The notes under the pieces are model-generated. The model did not search any database. It saw only the letters and a program-made list of their open reading frames with translations, and had not been told where the DNA came from. The position numbers were made by a program, and so were the translations under genes. From Rhina ancylostomus (taxonomy: Eukaryota), in the NCBI GenBank assembly GCA_030265395.1, contig JARFYF010000063.1:108867345-108931344 (forward strand): a stretch of DNA of 64,000 nucleotides, read 5' to 3'. This document shows positions 27,626 to 64,000 of this stretch, piece after piece (the stretch's first letter is position 1; each line of letters begins with the position of its first letter).

Positions 27626-28289
27626 GCCTTGTAAAGAAGGTTAATTGATCTTTGTAACCTGGAGGTTTGCATGAACTAAATGGATGTACATTATTGCTTG
27701 TGATTACACAGGAGCAATCGCAACCTTTGGTCAAAAGTTCCTGTGGAAATTGCAATGCATAAAAATAAAATTCCATTGTGCAACATCACCTGCAATGATA
27801 AGAATTTTGTTTCTGTCAATAAACATATCTTGAAGTAGTGTTGACGGTTTATTCAATCTTAAATGTTAATTAGCTTGATATACTAGTTTTCTTATTTGTA
27901 GCTCCAAATATTTCAAAATAAGATAATGATTAATAGTATTATTGATTGACGATTTGAAAAAGGAAACTCCTTTGCAGCAGTTTTTCAACCAGTCAGAGGC
28001 AAGTAGTTAAGCACAGGCTCCAAGCTCAAAATTAATGGCAACAGCTAGTATTGACGGATATTTTAATATGCAAGAAAACCAGAAAATGCAGCAAAGTAGA
28101 AGTAGTTCGGGTAACTTTTTAAAAAGGTAAATTTTTGAAGTAAGGGAAGTTGGAATTATTGGAATAGTGTTATAATATTTTCTTATGACAGAAAAAGCCA
28201 GTCAACCCATCCAGTCTATGCTGGCTCTCAGCCATCCTATCAATCTGATTCTTCCACTTATGTCATCCTAATCACACTTATGTGCCTAT

Positions 28290-28485
28290 CAACTCTCTGT
28301 GATTCTCCTACAACCCTCCTGCATTAGAGATAATTTACAATTGCCAATTAACCTACCTACCAACACATCTTTGGGATGTGGGAGGAAATCAGAGTACATC
28401 CATGTGGTTACCAGGAGAATATGCAAATTCCAGACAGTACCGGGGGTCAGGAATAAATCTGGGTGGAGGAATGGCTCAGTGCTGC
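28290..28485 (-). mobile_element. Degenerate V-SINE
   Basis: tctttgggatgtgggaggaaatcagagtac...atatgcaaattccagacagtacc. Confidence 0.7.
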
Positions 28486-30184
28486 CCCTATCTTTTTTTT
28501 CTCTTTTTGTATAGGATAGAATTGCAACCATACTTCCAATGCCTTGTAAAGAAGCTTGATTGATCTTTGTAACCTAAAGGTTTACATGAACTATTTGCAT
28601 AGTTACAATAACAAAATAGTTATCCAGATTTTGCAGAAGGATAAAAGAATGAAACTAGATGTTCATCATGCTGAAAGCTGCCCACAGACATTTTGTGAGT
28701 ATTTGAGCAGCAACTTGCTATATTTATCCAGCTGGACCATTTCCAGCACAATGTCCTCTGGAGAGAGTCTGCAGTGTGCACCAGAACGGCACTTCTCCCA
28801 ATCAGATTGAAGAATATATACTGTGACATATAAGCCCAGTAATTGGATCATGTAGTGCCTGTTTTTCAGCATTGATTGGACAAAATTCAGTTTTGCCCAG
28901 AGTAGCAAATATTTCCAGGTGAAATCACTCCAAATGTGAAATTGGACTGGCACTTCTGTGCACAATCCACGTTAGTGTGACTGACTTCTTCCTCGTGTCA
29001 GGTGCAAACCTAGAGATGTTGTTATTCACCAAACATTCATTTCTGCCTGTACCAGTGTAAATTGGAGCTGAGAGTGGAGTGTTTCCTCCATGTATCTACT
29101 GAGGTGCTCGTTGCATGGGTGCTTCAGTTGTGATCTCTCTGACAACCACATTACCAGAGGTGTCATGATGACCACCCTGGGTGAGTCAGGGGTCATGGGA
29201 CAGTTGCCCAAAATTTGTCCATCAGTGAAGTGCCAATTCCCAGAAAATTTTAAGAGATGCCACACCAACCTAGACCTCCTGACGAACAATGCATTCACTG
29301 GTTCTAGATTTCCAAAGCATTCAATTACAGAGAGATGTGGAATTCTGAGGAAGACCTTCAGCTGTGCTCTCATGCCTGGACTGTGGCATTAATACTCAAA
29401 GTCCTTGTCGCAAATTTATCCAGGCAGACGCACCAGATCGCCACAGCTTCTCCTAATTTGCTCTCATCAGTGAGATCATCCTGGCACTATGTTTGCATAG
29501 AACTGAGTTCATCTGCTTTACCTCAGTGAGGAACAAGTGGCATCTAAGAAAATGGGAATTGCAAGTATTCCCTTCATCCTGAGGGAGACCCTCAACCAAG
29601 ATGGATCCAGGGCAAAAAGTATTGCCGACTCCTTCACTGGTTGCTCAGACCAGCACACTGTCTGACTATAGACACTGAGTGTAGCTATAACAAAAGCAAT
29701 GTAAGTACCACAATAGTAATGGGTGGTACCAGGATTAACTTCCATAAGATTTTGTTGCATGCACCAGGCCAAGAGGGCCTTTCAGTACACACCCAAAGTG
29801 GATGTGCAGATTTCATTGTTGTGCGCTGCTCTACATTGCAACCTGAAGACAGCAGCTGATGCCCGAGGATGAGCAGCAAGGACACCGGGTACCTGAGGCC
29901 ATGAAGAAGAACCTGGACAACTAAGAGGAAGATGACAATGAAAACCAAGTGATCCTCTCCACATTATAATCATCATCATCAACATTGTATACCCAAAATC
30001 TTAAGGGAGTTCAGCTGAGGCACACGAGTCACCCACGTCCCTCTTTGGTATTGGTTATTGGTTTATGATTCGCAGATCTGCTTACACTGATTACAGCATG
30101 TGATTGAATGAATCCCTGCCACAATTATTTGAGTGACTTACGACCATATTAGTGGAATATCACCTTACTCAGAGTCCAGACTCA

Positions 30185-31050
30185 TTTCAGGCACTTATAC
30201 CTTCAACCATGCTAAATGTCACACCTGCCCCTACACCTCCTCCCTCACCACCATTCAGAGCCCTAAACAGTCCTTCCAGGTGAGGCAGCGAATCCATGTA
30301 AATCATATGAATCCATCGGGGTCATTTACTGCATCCTGTGTGGCCTCCTGTACGTTGGTAAGACCCGACGCAGATTGGGGGTTTGCATTGTCGAGTACCT
30401 TTGCTCCATCTGCTGCAACAACCAGGCTCTCCCAGTGGCCAGCCATTTTACTTCCACTTCCCATTCCCACACTGACCTGTGTCCACGGCCTCCTCTGATG
30501 CNNNNNNNNNNNNNNNNNNNNNNNNNNNNNNNNNNNNNNNNNNNNNNNNNNNNNNNNNNNNNNNNNNNNNNNNNNNNNNNNNNNNNNNNNNNNNNNNNNN
30601 NNNNNNNNNNNNNNNNNNNNNNNNNNNNNNNNNNNNNNNNNNNNNNNNNNNNNNNNNNNNNNNNNNNNNNNNNNNNNNNNNNNNNNNNNNNNNNNNNNNN
30701 NNNNNNNNNNNNNNNNNNNNNNNNNNNNNNNNNNNNNNNNNNNNNNNNNNNNNNNNNNNNNNNNNNNNNNNNNNNNNNNNNNNNNNNNNNNNNNNNNNNN
30801 NNNNNNNNNNNNNNNNNNNNNNNNNNNNNNNNNNNNNNNNNNNNNNNNNNNNNNNNNNNNNNNNNNNNNNNNNNNNNNNNNNNNNNNNNNNNNNNNNNNN
30901 NNNNNNNNNNNNNNNNNNNNNNNNNNNNNTTCTGCCCTCTTTGTTTCCAGTCCTGATGATGGGTCTCAGCCTGAAACATCGACTGTTCATTTCCCTCCAT
31001 AGATGCTGTCTGACCTGTTGAGTTCCTCCAGCATTTTGTGTTTGTTGCTT
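30185..31050 (+). mobile_element. Penelope-like element (PLE) 3' part: GIY-YIG endonuclease remnant, N gap, terminal repeat with hammerhead motif
   Basis: Frameshifted translation GTYTFNHAKCHTCPYTSSLTTIQSPKQSFQVRQR / VIYCILCGLLYVGKTRRRLG...LPVASHFTSTSHS fits the PLE Cys linker and GIY-YIG motif. After the gap come the hammerhead motif and the gatgctgtctgacctgttgagttcctccagca terminal repeat. Confidence 0.85.
30948..30985 (+). ncRNA. Minimal type-I hammerhead ribozyme motif (PLE-associated), core intact
   Basis: CAGUC-CUGAUGA-U-GGG(UCUCAG)CCU-GAAA-CA-UC^GACUG. Stem I is CAGUC/GACUG, both core boxes are present, and the predicted cleavage site is after C30980. Confidence 0.7.
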
Positions 31051-31649
31051 CCTCATAATGTACATTTTTCTCTGAGGATCTCCATTCTGCAGAAATAAAA
31101 ATGGTGTTTAGATCTTCCTGACCTATCATGTGAGGAGTGGAATTTCTTTTTGTATTGCTCTCCTGTGTGGGGACATTCACTCTTGTTGACTTTAGTCGCC
31201 CATTATTGAGGAATCAAGGACAAGTTGGGCTGCAGCTTCTGCATTTCTGTGTGTAAATGCACATGTGTGGGCTCTGTGAGGTGCTGTCACATTTATTCCA
31301 TAATGGTGAGTTCTGACATCCTCAGTGTTTTATGAACTGATTTTTTTTGCAGCTGAGAAGGATGTAAAACTTGCCTGGTGCAAGCTAAACTGGAGTAGAG
31401 AATCAAAAACTGGGGTTTGGCAGAAAATCTTGTGAGAGTAACTGGCCAAAGCTATCTGCTCGATTCAGTCTGAATTTGATGCTCGTGCACTTTCCACCAT
31501 CTGCAGTGTCTTGTGTCTCTGTTTTACTACTCCACTGTGAATTCTCTTCAAGGCATGCCAACTTTGAAGAAGTTTTCCTCCTCTCCTCTTTTCTTCGACG
31601 GGAGTTCTGTGAGACATTGTCTCACTGCTCCTCTGTGGTTTCTACTGCT

Positions 31650-31805
31650 CTTTGATGAGTTCAGATGCAGGGTTTCGATGTGAAACATTGACAGTTCCTC
31701 ACCCCCACCCCCACCCCCCCTCCCAGAGATGTTGCTCAACCCACAGAGTTCCTCCAGCAGATTGTTTGTTGCTCCAGATTCCAGCACCTGCAGTCTCTTG
31801 TGCAC
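31650..31805 (+). mobile_element. Degenerate PLE terminal repeat
   Basis: cagatgcagggtttcgatgtgaaacattgac...gagttcctccagcag...agattccagcacctgcagtc. Confidence 0.6.
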
Positions 31806-33221
31806 CTGTTGAATGCTGTTTTGTAGTGACTTCCCATGCAGTTGGGATCAGTATTGATGCAAATATGTCAAGGTGTGAGTTGTTTCTTCTTTTTTGCTTT
31901 TTTTCTATTGTTTCTTAATTTCTCCAAAAATCTCTGTTGCTTCTACTTGGTTGCAACTTAAGTATATCCCTTCCTCAGAACTCTATACTAGGACACATTC
32001 ATAAATCAATACATTTCCCTTTCCTGATGTTCCTGTTGGATGATGGCATGCGATCTCCAGATTCAGATAATCATGAATTGAACATCCTGAAGCACTCAAT
32101 CTAATATTTCAATGCTATGCAAGCTAGTTATATTATGATTCTTTATAGAGGACATTGTTTTGAGATCCCTTTTAACTCTAAGTGCATAATATGGATAAAT
32201 GACATTATTCTGAGAAAAGCACGATGGACTTTTGCAATTTCAGCCAACCTTTATGACCCATGCAAAATGAGACTAACTGGACATTGTGAGATCTTATTGT
32301 GTGCAATGTGATTGACGTGTTGGCTCAGGGAATAGATAACATACTTTAAAGTAGTTCATTAACTAAAATATTTTAGCATTTCTGAGAAATGAGATAAAAA
32401 CATGACTGAGAATGGTCTCAGTTTATGCATTGAGTTGTGTTGATAACCCACGGTAACTGGAAATAGATTGAGATTGGTTTGACTTAATTCATTTGAGGTG
32501 CAATCGCATTGCAAATGCTCATCAGAGACAAATAACAGTAGAGTTTCAGATTCATTTGACAAACCCTGCTAAGTTTCTGGGTAGATGCCGTATTGTATTC
32601 AGTAACAAAGAACCAGTTTATCCATGCCAGCCAATGCCGATCAATTTTAGGATAGAACATGCAGGGTAAGGAATTTTTTTTTAATCTTGGAAGAAAGTAA
32701 GTTGCATATAGTTTCCAGGTGCTGCAGTTCAATCTAACAACAGATATATTGTTGAATATCTGCAGCCAAGCCTAAAAGTTAGGAGGCAAACCATATGAGA
32801 TGTGCACAGAATCTTATTGCTTGGCTACCAATTATAATACAGTTCTTGCCCTGAATGTAGTATCATCTTCCAACTACCAATTACATTGCTACTCTGAGGT
32901 TGCAGTTCAGTGTTAAGGTGCCTTTGTAGGCAACAGAATTAGGCAAGTTCCTCCCTAGGGCTGGATTCAAATCAAGGTAGCAAAGGTGAAAGAGGTTGTG
33001 TAGTAATACACTGACCTGCCCTGTTCTGCATTATGTTTGTTTTGACACCAATCCCAGTTTTCTGTCAAGGATCAAAAATAGATGGCCCTTGTATTGATGG
33101 CTTCATAATGAATACTCTGTGGTATTGATGGCTTCATAATGAATTTAAGAAGTTTATGCTAAAATGGTCTAAAGTTTTAAAAGAAAATGCACAATTCTAA
33201 CATTAATTTTTATTTTATTAG

Positions 33222-63465
<30,244 letters not shown>

Positions 63466-64000
63466 GTAAATACTTGCAAGATTCCAAACATAGAAAGTTT
63501 CAGTAACATGAGAAACTGAGTCAAGAAAAGCACTTTGGAATTCAGATTAAAAAATCCTGCCTGAAAATTGTCTTTCTTTTCTAGATGCAATGGAATTTGC
63601 AAGTGCTTTGATATATTGATATGATTGCTATGAGATTTATAGCTTCCATAGTCTTTCTTTTATTCCAAATTGAAGTTGCACAAGCACAGAAAAAATCTCC
63701 CTTTGTAGTATAGTTCCAAATAAAATTCAAATTCATGCCCACATGCTGACTATGTTTGAGATTGGATCACATCTTTATGTATCAGAATTTTTTTTTCAAA
63801 AATTGATAATTCAATATGGTTTCTCCTTTGTAGTATCTTCATTCTGGCATACTTAAACCACTAAAGTATTGATGTCTCTGTTCTTATATGCATAATACAA
63901 CAATCAGAACTAGAAATAAAACAGAAATACTTAGGTCTGGCATATTCTGTGGAGAGAGAAAAAGTTAATATTTCAAGTTCATGATATTTTCAAAGTAACA

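Overview
AT-rich vertebrate genomic DNA from a gapped draft assembly. The repeat content (HE1/V-SINE, SacSINE1/Deu-SINE, CR1, Rex-Babar and Penelope families) points to an elasmobranch (shark or ray). The window lies inside one + strand gene, MARK1 (Par-1 family Ser/Thr kinase). Twelve coding exons (equivalent to human exons 4-15, 33222-63465, 1436 nt) splice by GT-AG into one open frame covering most of the kinase domain, the UBA domain and part of the spacer. I did not find exons 1-3 or the KA1 exons, so the first 33 kb is probably intron 3. The introns hold many retroelement relics. The most notable non-coding items are: (i) a dispersed family of minimal type-I hammerhead-ribozyme motifs in Penelope-like terminal repeats, one with an intact core in sense orientation next to a GIY-YIG remnant; (ii) a 33-bp perfect inverted repeat forming a 94-nt hairpin; (iii) a 1.35-kb internally deleted Gypsy element with both LTRs, PBS, PPT and TSD; (iv) an L1 3' fragment with an 11-bp TSD; (v) a V-SINE with a Rex-Babar-like tail. 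No prokaryotic features were seen. Repeat family names come from recalled consensus motifs, not from a database search, and repeat boundaries are approximate unless TSDs are given.
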